Positions 12,616 through 24,796 are shown, numbered from the stretch's first letter. The stretch: DNA of 64,000 nt from an uncultured Bacilli bacterium (GCA_947629315.1 CANRDB010000001.1:4829-68828), one strand, 5' to 3'. The notes: generated by a model not told the origin, from the sequence alone. Made by a program: numbers and translations.

Positions 12616-13113
12616 ATGATAAACAAAAAAGGAGTTTGGTTTTTAACATTATTCAGTTTAATTTTAGTTCTAAGTGTCTACTATATCACCATGCCACCAG
12701 AATTACTTGTCACTAGTAAAAAAAATCCATCTAATGACAATTCCCAACCAGTTGCCAATATGGAAGAAAGCAGTATCCTTGTCGCATTAAGAGTAGAAGC
12801 AGATGAAACAATGGAAGAAGAACTATCCTCTTTAAAGAAAATCATCAGCAATGCCGAGAGTTCTGTAGAAGATAAGAATAAAGCATTTGAAAAAATCAAA
12901 GAACTGAATTCTAATCGCAGTGCGGAAGAAAATCTAGAATCCAAAATTGAATCTACTTATCAACTCCAATCATTTGTCAAAATTAATGGCAATGTCATCG
13001 AGGTCATCGTTCACAAAAGTGAACACGACAGCAAATTGGCAAATGATATCATGAGAACCATTCAAGAAGAATTTGATACCTCTAAAAATATTACTGTGAA
13101 ATTTCAAAAATAG
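12616..13113 (+). CDS. spoIIIAH: Stage III sporulation protein AH
   Basis: N-terminus MINKKGVWFLTLFSLILVLSVYYITMPPE is close to B. subtilis SpoIIIAH (MLKKQTVWLLTMLSLVVVLSVYYIMSPE), and the YscJ/FliF-like C-terminus is ...INGNVIEVIVHKSEHDSK...ITVKFQK. GGAGG ribosome-binding site upstream. Confidence 0.75.
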   Translation: MINKKGVWFLTLFSLILVLSVYYITMPPELLVTSKKNPSNDNSQPVANMEESSILVALRVEADETMEEELSSLKKIISNAESSVEDKNKAFEKIKELNSNRSAEENLESKIESTYQLQSFVKINGNVIEVIVHKSEHDSKLANDIMRTIQEEFDTSKNITVKFQK

Positions 13114-13194
13114 GCAGAATGAGACACCAAACAAATTTTTTCTCATAAAATACTATGAATATGATAAACCACCCTATCAGGAAGTGAGGGAGCA

Positions 13195-13401
13195 ATGAGA
13201 AAAAATATTTTAACAAACAGAGAAAAAGAAGTGTTTGATTTGTTAATTCAAAACTATACAACCAAAGAAATTGCAAAGCAGTTAAAAATTAGTGAAAAAA
13301 CAGTTCGAAATCACATCTCGAATACCATCCAAAAAATTGGTGTCAAAGGAAGAGCAGCTGCTGTTGTTGAACTATTACGGCTAGGAGAAATTTCTTTATA
13401 A
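13195..13401 (+). CDS. gerE: LuxR-type sporulation transcription factor GerE
   Basis: 68-aa protein LTNREKEVFDLLIQNYTTKEIAKQLKISEKTVRNHISNTIQKIGVKGRAAAVVELLRLGEI is near-identical in pattern to B. subtilis GerE. Confidence 0.85.
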   Translation: MRKNILTNREKEVFDLLIQNYTTKEIAKQLKISEKTVRNHISNTIQKIGVKGRAAAVVELLRLGEISL

Positions 13402-13448
13402 AATGCATGTATATGCATTTTTTTCATATAATTTATTGAGGTGTTACT

Positions 13449-14405
13449 ATGTTAAAAAACATGTCTATGAAAAAAATTATTACCTCTTCTATTGTATTGA
13501 TGATTGTCTCTCTTCTTTCCTTTCTCCCCAACAAACCCAATAATCAGTTAGAAATTCCAACGAGTATTGAATATGTCAGTCAGAATGTTCAAACCCATAC
13601 TATCTACTTATTGGATAACAATAACTATATCAGTAAAACATCAATTAAAATTCGTTCGGAAGATAAAGAAGACATCGCTCGAGAATTGCTAGAGACTATG
13701 ATTCAAGAAGGAAAAAATAGCGATCAAATTCCTAGTGGATTTCTTCCCATTATCCCTAGCAATACAAAAATTAATGCCTTATCCATTCAAGAAGATACTC
13801 TGAAAGTAGACGTTAGTGCAGAGTTCCTAAATACCTCCAAAGAATTAGAAGAAAAACTGATTGAAGCTGTCGTCTATACTTTAACGAGCATTGATGGCAT
13901 CCAAAACATTATTCTTTATGTAGATGGGAACATCCTAACGAAACTTCCGCAAACGAAAATCAATCTTCCTACCACTTTGAATCGTCAAATTGGCATTAAC
14001 AAAACATATCAATTAACCGCTCTTACCAACGTCACCGCCACCAACATCTACTACATTCGTAAATACAACGATAACTACTTCTATACGCCTGTTACTAAGA
14101 TTACCAATGACAATCGAGAAAAAATAGAAATTATTATTGAGGAACTTAGTAGTTCGGTTCCTCAAAACAATCTCATGAGTTTTCTAAATAGCAATACCCA
14201 ACTACTGAATTTTACGATTGATTATGACCAAATGATTATCTGTTTTGATGAATACATTTTTAACGATTTAGAAACCAAAGACATTTTGGAAGAAGTCCTC
14301 GATACCATCTCTCTTTCCATATATGATAACTATCCAGTAGAAGAAGTAATCTTTCAAGTCGATAACCAAGAAATTGCGAAAACTACTGTAAAATCTATTG
14401 AATAA
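13449..14405 (+). CDS. GerM-like sporulation/germination protein (GerMN domain protein)
   Basis: Signal peptide/TM followed by GerMN-type segments (HTIYLLDNNNYISKTSI...ARELLETMIQEG...IPSGFLPIIPSNTKINALSIQEDTLKVDVSAEFLN...VVYTLTSIDGIQNIILYVDG). Confidence 0.55.
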   Translation: MLKNMSMKKIITSSIVLMIVSLLSFLPNKPNNQLEIPTSIEYVSQNVQTHTIYLLDNNNYISKTSIKIRSEDKEDIARELLETMIQEGKNSDQIPSGFLPIIPSNTKINALSIQEDTLKVDVSAEFLNTSKELEEKLIEAVVYTLTSIDGIQNIILYVDGNILTKLPQTKINLPTTLNRQIGINKTYQLTALTNVTATNIYYIRKYNDNYFYTPVTKITNDNREKIEIIIEELSSSVPQNNLMSFLNSNTQLLNFTIDYDQMIICFDEYIFNDLETKDILEEVLDTISLSIYDNYPVEEVIFQVDNQEIAKTTVKSIE

Positions 14406-14451
14406 TATTATTTTTTATTGTATAATGTACTTGTTCCTTTGGAACGGGTAT

Positions 14452-14528
14452 GTCTCAGTAGCTCAGCTGGATAGAGCATCGCCCTTCTAAGGCGAGTGTC
14501 AGGGGTTCGAATCCCTTCTGGGACACCA
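14452..14528 (+). tRNA. tRNA-Arg (anticodon TCT), CCA encoded
   Basis: Cloverleaf GTCTCAG/TA/GCTC-AGCTGGATA-GAGC/A/TCGCC-CTTCTAA-GGCGA/GTGTC/AGGGG-TTCGAAT-CCCCT/CTGGGAC-A-CCA. Confidence 0.9.
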
Positions 14529-14537
14529 TTCGAGAAT

Positions 14538-14561
14538 AACTTGCTTCGGCAAGTTTTTTTT
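14538..14561 (+). terminator. Rho-independent terminator after tRNA-Arg
   Basis: aacttgc-ttcg-gcaagtt hairpin followed by a T8 run. Confidence 0.7.
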
Positions 14562-14593
14562 ATGCCTTTTCAAAATTTTAAAGGAAAATTCCA

Positions 14594-14630
14594 TTCAAAT
14601 TTACATTCTTTCCTATTTCATGATATAATG
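14594..14630 (+). promoter_or_regulatory. Putative extended -10 promoter (TTTACA-18-TGaTATAAT) for the SecA-like gene
   Basis: caaatTTACAttctttcctatttcaTGaTATAATgataaaag lies upstream of the 14652 start. Confidence 0.4.
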
Positions 14631-14651
14631 ATAAAAGTAAAATAATAGAGT

Positions 14652-17600
14652 ATGAGGTGTCACATGAGTCAATCGGATAAATTAAAACAAATAACAGGTA
14701 GAGTAAAACGAGAAATGGACCGCACCATTCGTGAAATTAATCGTTACTATGCCAGTTATAGTCAAGAATTAGAAAACAGACAGATTCTAGATCCTAACAA
14801 CGAAGAACAAAGGGCTTTAGCAGAGCAATTCTTTCAAAGAGAGACAGAAAATCTAAAACAGGAATTACATCAATTCATCGAATCTGGCATCAATGAAGAA
14901 GATGCCTTAAAAAGTGAATTACCTCGCGCTTATGCTTTAGTCAAAACAGCGAGTAAATTTTTATGGAACAAGCCTCACTATGATGTTCAATTAATGGGTG
15001 GTATTCTTTTAAATGATGGATATGTTTCCCAAATGGCTACTGGGGAAGGAAAAACGCTAACAGCTGCCCTCCCCGCCTATTTAAATGCTCTTCTCGGTAA
15101 AGGAGTACATGTCTTAACACCAAATGCCTATCTAGCAAAAAGAGACCAAGAAGAGATGGGGGAACTCTACGGCTTACTAGGTCTATCTTGTGGTCTTGCC
15201 AATACTGAACGATTCGATTTTACACAGGCAGATGTACAGCGCCGAATGGATGAAATTATAGCGCGAGAAGTTTCCGAACTTTCTTATCAAATCGACTGTT
15301 CTTCAGCAGGAACTAAAAAAGGACGAAAAACGGATACGGAAACAAGCCAAAGAAGAATTAAAAAATGAATGTCTCGCAAGAAAAAGAAAAGTATATCAAA
15401 TGGATATTGTCTATGGAGCAACCCATGCCATTGCTTTCGATTATCTATGGGATGGTCTTGCGCAAGAGGAACAAGGGACCGTACAACGGATTGGACAACC
15501 AAACTTTGCTATTATCGATGAGGCAGATGACGTACTTTTTGACAGTGCGAGAACTCCTTATATTATTTCCGGTTCTCAAGAAGATGAGGAATTGAGAATT
15601 CGAAGTGAAGATGCCGAAAATGTGGTGAAATCTATCAAACAGGCAAATGAGGCAGTTTCCTATCTATACGATACCATTCAATTTTGGCAAAGAAAAAATG
15701 GAGAAGTTCTAGAAGGAGAAATCCCTGAAAATGAGAAACACAAACGAAAAGATTATGTCTCTTTTGAAAATGACATGAATCTAGCGCTCATTACGACATC
15801 GCAAACTCGTGAATGTGAATTAACCACCCTAGGAGAAACGATTATTTTTCAAAAGTACTATGGACAACAAATTCAAGAGATATTAAATAAAAATCAAGAT
15901 CTTATTATGTCATTGGAACAAAATGGAGCTCCCCTACTAAAATCGAATGTGGACTATTTCATTAATTTAGATGGAGAGATTTCTCTTGCTCCTCGCGCAT
16001 TTGCTTACTTAGTCGCGGGAGAATACATCTCAGAGTTATCTAATCTATTTGTTCATTTCCGTGGGAAAGAACTACTCCAAGATAGTGAATTTATTCAAAA
16101 TGCTTTGAAAGCATGGTTCACGTATCAAGAAGGACATGATTATGCCTTTGATGAGAAAACTTCATCAGTAGTACCAATCATTAACGGTCGAATTTACAAA
16201 GGTAGAAAATACGCTAAAGGATTTCAACAAGCTCTAGAAGAAAAAACCAAAGTATTATTACAAAAGCAATTGGGAGATAGAGCGCCAAAAATCAACGAAT
16301 CCAGACTAACAGAGACATTAGCGTCTATCCCTACCAATGCTTTCTTTGCTCGCTACCAGAAAGTTGGAGGAATGACGGGTACTTCTGCTGTTTTTGCTTT
16401 CAATAACCTTTATGGTCTAGATTCCTATGCGGTACCGAGAAACCGTCCTCGACAAGTTATCGATCACGGAGAGAGATTCTATACAAATAAGGATGCGAAA
16501 TATGAAGCTATTTTCCAATTGGCATTACAAGCCTATCAAACAAAACAACCACTCCTTATTTCTACCACTTCTACGGAAGAGAGTGAACTTCTACAGAAAT
16601 ATTTAATATCTCGATTAGAACAATATCAAAGAGGACTTCCAGAACGGGAAAGAAGAGCGATTAAGATTCCAGTTTTAAATGCCAGTGTTACCAAGTTGGC
16701 AGATGAAGCTAAAATTATATCTAACGCCGGTATTCCTGGGGCGATTACCATTGCAACTGAAATGGCTGGTCGTGGAACAGATATTAAATTAGGAGGAGAA
16801 GTTCCTGATAAACAAGAATTAATTCAGTCCATGCTTAAAATTAAAGTAAGGTCTCTTGTGGAAAAAAGAAAAAAAGCAGGTCTTGTCGATGAACAAAAAT
16901 ATAAAACACAACTGACTTATAAAAAAAGAATAGACCAAGAAGCAAGACAGTGGATTATTGATAACATCGGTATGGATGCCATTGCCAAAGAAATTGAAGA
17001 ACCTTATCGCCTATTAAAACAAGAAAAAGAACAACGAGAAAGTTTTATTAAAAACAACTCAGCGTTTAAAGGATTAAAAGTTGTCGTTTGTGGACATTTC
17101 CCATCTGCACGGACAGATGACCAAGTCAAAGGTCGATGTGGAAGACAAGGTGATCCAGGAGAATATATCTTCCTAAGTGATCCTGATGATTTAGCGCATG
17201 TTGGTATCAATCCTACTACCATTGAACGTCTCAAGATTATCGCTAATAGCCAACCAGATCACTGCATCGTAGAAACAGCGAACTCCAAACTATTCCACCT
17301 TCGAAAAATGATTTTATCCGCACAACGTCATAACGATAATATGAGTCATGAAAACATTCTCTCCTCTCTTCAATTTGATGCCGCTATCAGTACTTGCCGA
17401 GAGAGTGTTAGAAAAGTAACTGATCGATTCAAGCAAACAGAAAATTACATATCTTATATGAAGATAGCGATTGATAATACCTGTCAAAGTATTCTAGAAG
17501 GTTCTTCTGAAAATAAGAACTATACTTATCCTGATATAGAACGAAGTACCATCCAAAAGGCACATCTTAATCTTCCAAAAGTATGTTCTCTTTGTGAAGA

Positions 17601-18366
17601 CTTCCTTGGGGTAGAGATATCCCCTGAACTACTCGCATCCGCTAGAACAGTTCGGGATGTGAAAAATATAATCGAACAGAAAAGTACTCAGAGATTAGAA
17701 GTCTATATCGATCAACAGAAAAAGGAACAAATCAAAAAGTTAAAAGAGAAATATCAAAAACATAATGCGAGAATCTTAAACATTTCGGAAATCGTCAATT
17801 TATTCCGACAGACAGGAATTCAAGGATTAAAAGGTTATGTGCAAGAGCGTCTTAACTTCAAAAAATATGCAAAACTTTCCGATATCGAATTAGAAGCGGA
17901 AGTTACCGAAACGCTCAATGAATCTTTCAAAGAAAAATTTTATCAAACTATCAATCGTGCATGGGATAAATTTGAAGAAGATATTGAGGAATTTAAATTG
18001 CAAGTACAATGGACGAATCAATTTGAGTCTCATCCGTTGTCACCAGAAAGCATTCAAAGTTCTATCCAACGTGATTTCTTTCACTGGATGGATACATACC
18101 AAGCAAGACTCGTCCATGATACGATTCATCCAAGCATTTCTAAAGAGAAAGGTCCAAAGGAAGTGTATCCCGTAAGAATTACGACCGAGGGCATCCAAAG
18201 AGTTGCCGATGATTATGATGAAGAATTACAGGATGAAATTACCAACATTTCGGAAGAGGCATCTGTTCTTGGAGTACTTTCTAGTGATGAAATCGTCCCA
18301 TACAAATTAAAGCCATACGTCAGTATGCCAAATCGAAACGTAGAAAACAGAGGAAGAAGAAGATAA
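14652..18366 (+). pseudogene. Divergent SecA-family preprotein translocase ATPase (SecA2-like paralogue, about 1,226 aa if intact) interrupted by a +1 frameshift in an A-run
   Basis: ORF 14652..15368 carries SecA NBD1 ([66 protein letters not shown]). ORF 15400..18366 continues in the +1 frame with DIVYGATHAIAFDYLWD...IIDEADDVLFDSARTPYIISG, GMTGTS, VPRNRP, ATEMAGRGTDIKLGG and KGRCGRQGDPGEYIF. The downstream frame is open from 15262. Removing one A from the A6 run at 15315-15320 gives ...[20 protein letters not shown]... (compare B. subtilis SKDEKREAYAADITY). Confidence 0.6.
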
Positions 18367-18447
18367 TTCTTCTTTTTTCATTCCCTTATGCAACTTCATT
18401 ACTCCTTTTTATATTCTTCACGTACCTTATAATAGGAGGTTAAAAAT

Positions 18448-18717
18448 ATGAATGATGAAATATATCAATATGCTCTACAAAAAATTGAGTGTGATAGTCA
18501 ATTCAAGCCAATTGGATGTTATGGTAATTCCCGTGGCAGTACTGGCCCAACTGGCCCTACCGGTCCGACTGGTCCCCAAGGACCCGCTAGCATCACCATA
18601 GGTACCACAACAACAGGCGCTCCAGGAACAAGTGCAGCTGTTACCAATTCTGGTACTAATCAAAATAGTATTTTAAATTTTGTGATTCCTGCAGGAGCAA
18701 CTGATGCTATGTCATAA
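18448..18717 (+). CDS. BclA-like collagen-like (GPT-repeat) protein with C-terminal beta-domain; candidate 5' segment (C1) of an interrupted exosporium-type collagen gene
   Basis: MNDEIYQYALQKIECDSQFKPIGCYGNSRGSTGPTGPTGPTGPQGPASITIGTTTTGAPGTSAAVTNSGTNQNSILNFVIPAGATDAMS. A GGAGG ribosome-binding site is upstream. The final gga gca act g|at codons carry the junction motif seen at the other element boundaries. Confidence 0.6.
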   Translation: MNDEIYQYALQKIECDSQFKPIGCYGNSRGSTGPTGPTGPTGPQGPASITIGTTTTGAPGTSAAVTNSGTNQNSILNFVIPAGATDAMS

Positions 18718-18742
18718 ATCACAAAAAAAGAATTGATTAGAA

Positions 18743-20977
18743 TCAATCCTCAATTTCTTTAATCAACATTTGATATAACGCACGATTTCCTTCCTCTGTT
18801 AAATGAATTTTATCCACTCGTACATATTCTTTATGTTGTTGAATCTCTTCATAAAAAGGAATAATATGGAGAGACGATATTCCCAATGTTTCTAGTAATA
18901 TCTCGTCCTCTTCTGTCATCGCTACTACATATAACTCATTTTCTTGGCACAATTGGAAAACTGTTTGTATTTCTTGTTCCAATCTTGGTACCTGACTATC
19001 AAAAGCTACTACTAATCGATAAGTTAACGTATTACTATCCGCAGCTTTTTGAAGTTCTTGTTGCAAATCTTGCCAAGTAAAATCTTGCCGAACAATAAAC
19101 TGTGCTTGTTGATATTCCTGATGTAGTTCATTAAAAATATTCACTAAAACATCATTACCGTAAAAGGTAATTTTATTTTTTAATTCTTCTTCATGATGAT
19201 GAATAATCTCTTCTTTTTTCTGTTGATATCGATCTAGATAAACTTGATAAATAGATTGATAAATTAAGTTGGTGTAAGCCTTTCTTCCTTCTGGAGTTAA
19301 GTGGATACCATCCGCATAAAAATACTTTGAATGTCCTTGTGATGCAGTCTCCCAATCAATAATATGTAAATTAGAATGACTCTTACTTAACTCTTTTAAT
19401 TTACTATTTACATGGACATCTTTATCGTTAGTAACCGTAATCCAAAAGACATCTCTATCACCACACGTTTGTAAAATTTCTTCCTTACAAGAAGAAGAAC
19501 AATCTCCATTCGCACCCAAATTCAATATTACAGGATTACCTAACAGATTACTATCCTCTAATTCTTCTAAAATACCGTTCGCTACCCAAATAGAACGTGA
19601 TACCTTCGCATCAAAATATCCATTTGGAAATTGTTTATAGAGATTATCAACAGCTCCTAACATAATAGAATCCCCGACTCCAACTACGGATAACTCAGAA
19701 ACAATCTTTTGAATTTCTTGTTCCCCATTCTCTAAATCCTCTAAAACAGAGAACCAATCTTCTTGTTCCTGTTGTAATCGATCCGCATACTCTTTTTGTT
19801 TTTGTTGAATAACCTCTTCATTAGCCGCTAACTCTTCTTTTAGTCTTTTCATTTCTGCCGTATGATCCTTCGTTTGTGCATAACAATAAACACCAGGAAC
19901 ACAGATGACACACAATATGATAGCCATCGCTGCATGCATTCTCGTTCTAGCATGGGGTCGACTACTGATGCTAAAATGAAAAACGGAACCTACTACAAGC
20001 ACTCCTAAAAGAATCGATAAAATCCGTACAGAATCCGACATTGAAAAGGCTTGCAAAAAGTAAATAATCGGATACTGAACCAAGTAGATGCAATAACTTC
20101 TATCTGAAAACCAATGAACAATTCGGTTTCCTACCCCTGCTAATTTGTTTACCATCAAAGTACTATAATCAATCATCCGACAAGTAATAAGAGATACTAT
20201 CAACATTGCTACTGCCCAAGAAGGTGCAGAAGCATCGATTGTTAAAAATAACCAAACTAAGAGAACAAAATATCCTCCAAAAAGACCATAGGCAATCAGA
20301 GAATGTTTCATGTTTTTTAGAATAAGTGGATAATAATAAAACTGAATAAACCCTAAAGTCATTCCCCAAAATAAGGAAAACATTCTCGTAAACGTATGAT
20401 AGTAAACCACCATAATATCTTGCGTGCCACTCATTTGATAAAAATACCAAGCACTTCCTATCGATACTACCAATAATAGTAAACAAGGAATCATTTTATG
20501 AATATGATCTCCTATTTTACGTAATATTTGATAGAAGAATGGAAAAAGCAAATCAAATTGCAATAAAATAGAAATATACCATAAATGCATAAATGGAGAA
20601 TCTAAGTGTCTAGCAAAATAATCTAAATTCGCCCCTAATTGCCAAAAATTATTATATCCTAACAAAACAGATGTTGTCTCTGGTTTTAAATTCAACCATG
20701 TATACTGGGAACAAAAAAACACAACAAAAAGAGTTAAGAACACAGTCAATAACAAAGGAAAATATATTTTAGTAAACAGTCTCTTATAATATTCCCAAAT
20801 AGAAAAATGATTCTTATGAAAAGCTGAAACGCACGATAGATAGCCACTTAACACAAAGAAACAACAGACCGCTAAATAGCCTCCTTTTAAAACATGCAAA
20901 TGATAAAGCAAAACGGCAATGCATGATAACACTCGTAAATAATCTAGTGCATAATAATACTTCTTAGTACTTTCCAT
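18743..20977 (-). CDS. Acyltransferase-3 family membrane protein fused to an SGNH/GDSL hydrolase domain (OatA-like O-acetyltransferase)
   Basis: 744 aa with about 10 N-terminal TM helices (YALDYLRVLSCIAVLLYHLHV...), then a coiled coil, then an SGNH-like domain (VVGVGDSIMLGAV...). Confidence 0.75.
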   Translation of the reverse strand: MESTKKYYYALDYLRVLSCIAVLLYHLHVLKGGYLAVCCFFVLSGYLSCVSAFHKNHFSIWEYYKRLFTKIYFPLLLTVFLTLFVVFFCSQYTWLNLKPETTSVLLGYNNFWQLGANLDYFARHLDSPFMHLWYISILLQFDLLFPFFYQILRKIGDHIHKMIPCLLLLVVSIGSAWYFYQMSGTQDIMVVYYHTFTRMFSLFWGMTLGFIQFYYYPLILKNMKHSLIAYGLFGGYFVLLVWLFLTIDASAPSWAVAMLIVSLITCRMIDYSTLMVNKLAGVGNRIVHWFSDRSYCIYLVQYPIIYFLQAFSMSDSVRILSILLGVLVVGSVFHFSISSRPHARTRMHAAMAIILCVICVPGVYCYAQTKDHTAEMKRLKEELAANEEVIQQKQKEYADRLQQEQEDWFSVLEDLENGEQEIQKIVSELSVVGVGDSIMLGAVDNLYKQFPNGYFDAKVSRSIWVANGILEELEDSNLLGNPVILNLGANGDCSSSCKEEILQTCGDRDVFWITVTNDKDVHVNSKLKELSKSHSNLHIIDWETASQGHSKYFYADGIHLTPEGRKAYTNLIYQSIYQVYLDRYQQKKEEIIHHHEEELKNKITFYGNDVLVNIFNELHQEYQQAQFIVRQDFTWQDLQQELQKAADSNTLTYRLVVAFDSQVPRLEQEIQTVFQLCQENELYVVAMTEEDEILLETLGISSLHIIPFYEEIQQHKEYVRVDKIHLTEEGNRALYQMLIKEIED

Positions 20978-21122
20978 ATTTCAAACCTCATTCATTGTGA
21001 TTATATATCATAAAGCCTTAAAATTCAAGACACTTTACGTCAATCCTAACTAATATTTTGTGAGAAAAAAACATGATTATTTGTTTCATTTTATTTTATG
21101 CAATTAGAAAGGAGTTATACTG

Positions 21123-23120
21123 TTGAATCAAAAAAGAGTGGCATTATATCTACGATTATCCAAAGAAGATATCGACAAGCCAACCAAGTTCTCTATCAGC
21201 GAAAGTATCAAAAATCAAGAACTATTACTGCGTGAAGAAGTGAAAAAACACCCTGATTGGGTCGTAGTAGCTGTCTATTCTGATGAAGACTTTTCAGGAG
21301 CAGGAACTTATCGACCAAGCTTTGACAAAATGATTCATGCCTGTGAAAAGCACATGATTGATATCATTCTCTGTAAAAGTCAGTCCCGTTTTTCTAGAGA
21401 TATGGAATTAATTGAAAAATATATTCATAACAAATTTAAAGAATGGAATATACGATTCATTAGTATCGTAGATAATGCCGATACTGATAACGATGGCAAT
21501 AAAAAATCTAGACAGATTAATGCTCTTGTCAATGAATGGTTTCTAGAGGATTTATCCGATAATATTCGGGCAACTTTACGAACAAAATGGCAGCATGGAG
21601 AATGTACCGCTGCTTTCGCTAAATATGGATTTCTAAAAGATCCCCAACATAAAAATCACCTAATCATAGATACGGTTGCTAGTCAAACCATTCAAGAAAT
21701 TGCTCATCTCTTTTTAGAGGGAAAAGGTCCAGAAACCATCGCTCACATTTTAGAACAGAAGCATATTCCTAGTCCTTATGAATACAAACTACAAATGGGA
21801 AGTAAACTAAAAATTCCTTTGCTTTCCTTAAACCATCCAAAAATAATTACTAAAAACGGAAAATATATTTTTACCCTTTTTCCAAGTGGAGAACCAATAG
21901 ACCATGTCGTCCTATCCATCCTACCATTTCAAGATTACGATATGACACTAACTCTCATAAAACAAAGTGGCAATGTAAAGGTTTATTATTCCCAGGAGAA
22001 ATTCTCTTCTGCTATCGAAACCGTATTGCCGGTTGAACATTCTTCATTTTGGAGACAATTGCCTATCAATCTTTCTATTTCTCATATTCAACTACTGGCT
22101 ATCTATTGTCTTCCAAACAATTTAGAAAAAACTTATTTAGAATGGGAAATAAACATCCATACCCTACCGTCTCATGATTTTTCTTTAAACATCCAATCCT
22201 TTGATGCAATACACCAACCAATTGATTTTTGGCAGTATCGAATCAGAAAAAAATATCAGTGGAATAGTCGGACAATCTATCACATTTTGAAAGATGAAAC
22301 TTATCATGGTACCTTAATTCAAGGAAAAACAAAGCGAATCAGTTATAAAAATCATACTAGTATTGCTACTCCCAAAGAGCAATGGTATGTTCAAGAAAAT
22401 ATTCTCCCTAAAATTCTAGATGATCAAACTTGGATAGCTATTCAAAATAAATTACAACTACATCCACGCGCAAGCAAAAATGGAAAACACCCTATCTTTA
22501 CTGGAAAAGTTTTTTGTGGAGTATGTGGAAAACCTCTTCAAAAAAACTCGAGCAGTTCTCTTGCTTCCCCTGTTAAAAAAGAATATTTAATTTGTAAAGC
22601 AAGAAAAGAACATTGGAAGAATTGTGAAAACAAAAAATCATTTCCCGTTTTAGAATTACAAAAATTAATCATTACTCAATTTCAAAATTTATGGAATTCC
22701 TATTACGATATGACTACCTTAAAGCAGATTCATAAGGAAGAACCCCATCATCAAACTATAGACGATCTCATGAAAGAAGAACAAAATTTACAAGAAATTA
22801 TCCAGCAGAATAACCAAATTCTTTATCAATTATACAAAGATAAAAGCACTGGCCTCATGGATGATTCTTGTTTTCATACCCTACTTCTACAAAATCAACA
22901 GGAAATGGATACTTATCACCAAAGATTGCAAATGATTGCCCAAGAGTTAAAACAGATTCAAACGAAACAGGAATTTTTCATGTCTACTGTGTGTGAATTT
23001 CTCAATACTCATTCCTTTGAAGACTATTTTTCAACCATTCTACAGCATTTTATTAGCAGCATTTTCATTGGAAAGCTGAACCATCATCAAAGAACAATCC
23101 AAATTCATTGGAAAATCTAA
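21123..23120 (+). CDS. Large serine recombinase 1 (resolvase/invertase catalytic domain plus recombinase, zinc-ribbon and coiled-coil domains), TTG start
   Basis: [13 protein letters not shown] (nucleophile Ser), [40 protein letters not shown], and a C-terminal CGVCGKPL...C zinc ribbon. About 60% identical to recombinase 2 over the catalytic domain. Confidence 0.85.
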   Translation: MNQKRVALYLRLSKEDIDKPTKFSISESIKNQELLLREEVKKHPDWVVVAVYSDEDFSGAGTYRPSFDKMIHACEKHMIDIILCKSQSRFSRDMELIEKYIHNKFKEWNIRFISIVDNADTDNDGNKKSRQINALVNEWFLEDLSDNIRATLRTKWQHGECTAAFAKYGFLKDPQHKNHLIIDTVASQTIQEIAHLFLEGKGPETIAHILEQKHIPSPYEYKLQMGSKLKIPLLSLNHPKIITKNGKYIFTLFPSGEPIDHVVLSILPFQDYDMTLTLIKQSGNVKVYYSQEKFSSAIETVLPVEHSSFWRQLPINLSISHIQLLAIYCLPNNLEKTYLEWEINIHTLPSHDFSLNIQSFDAIHQPIDFWQYRIRKKYQWNSRTIYHILKDETYHGTLIQGKTKRISYKNHTSIATPKEQWYVQENILPKILDDQTWIAIQNKLQLHPRASKNGKHPIFTGKVFCGVCGKPLQKNSSSSLASPVKKEYLICKARKEHWKNCENKKSFPVLELQKLIITQFQNLWNSYYDMTTLKQIHKEEPHHQTIDDLMKEEQNLQEIIQQNNQILYQLYKDKSTGLMDDSCFHTLLLQNQQEMDTYHQRLQMIAQELKQIQTKQEFFMSTVCEFLNTHSFEDYFSTILQHFISSIFIGKLNHHQRTIQIHWKI

Positions 23121-23132
23121 TTTTGTGGTTTA

Positions 23133-23270
<138 letters not shown>

Positions 23271-23281
23271 TTATCTGTTTG

Positions 23282-24796
23282 TCAAAATATCCACTCTATA
23301 GTAACTACTCTTTTTCCCTGTTCTATATTGCCAATTTGTATTCGTTGAATAAAATTCTTTACCGTCTTAAGGGAAAGTTCAAGTTTTCTTTTAGAAAAAG
23401 AAAATGACATTTGTTCTTTTTTCATATTGGCAAGAGTATTTGATAACTTCTCTAACTCTTTGATATAACTTTTTTTGAGATTTTGAAAAACCTCATCATC
23501 TAGTTGTTGTTGAACATAATCGTCATACACTTTTTTTAAGCCTCGTTCTTTTTGATGGTAATCTTTTTCTAATCGTTCAAATTCTTTCTTATATAATAGA
23601 TTCTGTTCTATACTATATTGCTTCTCATATTCTAAAAGCAATTGTTCGTCGACAAATTGATGATAAAACTTCAAAAATTCTTTGAACACTAAAGATTCTA
23701 TCACATCCAAACGAATAGAGGTATGATTATCACAATGTTGCCAATAACTTCTTCTATCACGACAAACTAAATACGAATACACAGAATGGCTAGAAGAATT
23801 TTTTTCAAAGGATTGTCCACATTTTTGACAATATATTTTTTTACTAAACTCATAAATTTTACCCGTTTTAGATTGAATTCTCGTCTTTTGTTGCATTCTT
23901 CTTTGTACCTCATTCCACATCGATAAAGAAATAATCGGGTCATGCTGATGAGATACAACAATCCAATCCTTTTTTTGAAGAGAAATTACCTTTTTATTTT
24001 TATAGGAAATTTTTCGATATTTTCCCTGTACTACACTACCAATATACACTTCATTTTTTAAAATATCTGCAATTGTTTTTTCACTCCATTGATTACTAGT
24101 CGATGGTCCATAATATTTAGAACCTATTTCTTTTTTATATTGACTGGGAGTTGGAATCCCTTGATGATTCAAACACTGCTTAATTTTAGAATATCCATAA
24201 CCTTTCGCATATAACGCATATATTTGTTGAACATATTTAGAAGCAATCGGGTCAATTTCTAAATGATTTTTATCTTTCTTTTGGTAACCAAAAGGCGCAA
24301 AAGAACCGGTAAATAGACCAACTTCTTTTTTATTTCGTAATGTTTTACGAATATTTATAGAAGAATCTTCCAAATACCATTCATTCATCAAAGCATTGAT
24401 TTGTCTGGTTTTTTTATTTTCTTCTACAGAGGTATCAGCATGATCAACTAAACTGATAAAACGAACGTTCCACTCTTTAAATTTATTATGAATATATTGT
24501 TCAATTACTTCTAAATCTCTCGAAAAGCGAGACTGACTCTTACATAATACAATATCAATATTTCCTTGTTCACAATCTTTTAGCATGCGGATAAAAGCTG
24601 GTCTTTCTCTATCGATACCAGAGTAATCCTCATCAATATAAATATCAAAGATATCCCATCCTTCTTCTTGAACTTTTTGAAGTAACATTCTCCTTTGATT
24701 TTGAATACTTTCACTAAAGTCTTTTTTATCAATATCTTCTTTGGATAATCGCAAATAGATTGCTACTCTATTGTTCCCTATCATAAGATTCCTCAT
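23282..24796 (-). CDS. Large serine recombinase 2
   Basis: [55 protein letters not shown] and a CQKCGQSF...C zinc ribbon. Its 3' end abuts and overlaps the C2 collagen fragment. Confidence 0.85.
   Translation of the reverse strand: MRNLMIGNNRVAIYLRLSKEDIDKKDFSESIQNQRRMLLQKVQEEGWDIFDIYIDEDYSGIDRERPAFIRMLKDCEQGNIDIVLCKSQSRFSRDLEVIEQYIHNKFKEWNVRFISLVDHADTSVEENKKTRQINALMNEWYLEDSSINIRKTLRNKKEVGLFTGSFAPFGYQKKDKNHLEIDPIASKYVQQIYALYAKGYGYSKIKQCLNHQGIPTPSQYKKEIGSKYYGPSTSNQWSEKTIADILKNEVYIGSVVQGKYRKISYKNKKVISLQKKDWIVVSHQHDPIISLSMWNEVQRRMQQKTRIQSKTGKIYEFSKKIYCQKCGQSFEKNSSSHSVYSYLVCRDRRSYWQHCDNHTSIRLDVIESLVFKEFLKFYHQFVDEQLLLEYEKQYSIEQNLLYKKEFERLEKDYHQKERGLKKVYDDYVQQQLDDEVFQNLKKSYIKELEKLSNTLANMKKEQMSFSFSKRKLELSLKTVKNFIQRIQIGNIEQGKRVVTIEWIF

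Noticed and set aside
18475-18663. Minus-strand 62-aa ORF inside the C1 collagen gene
   Set aside because: Antisense shadow ORF of GC-richer repeat DNA.
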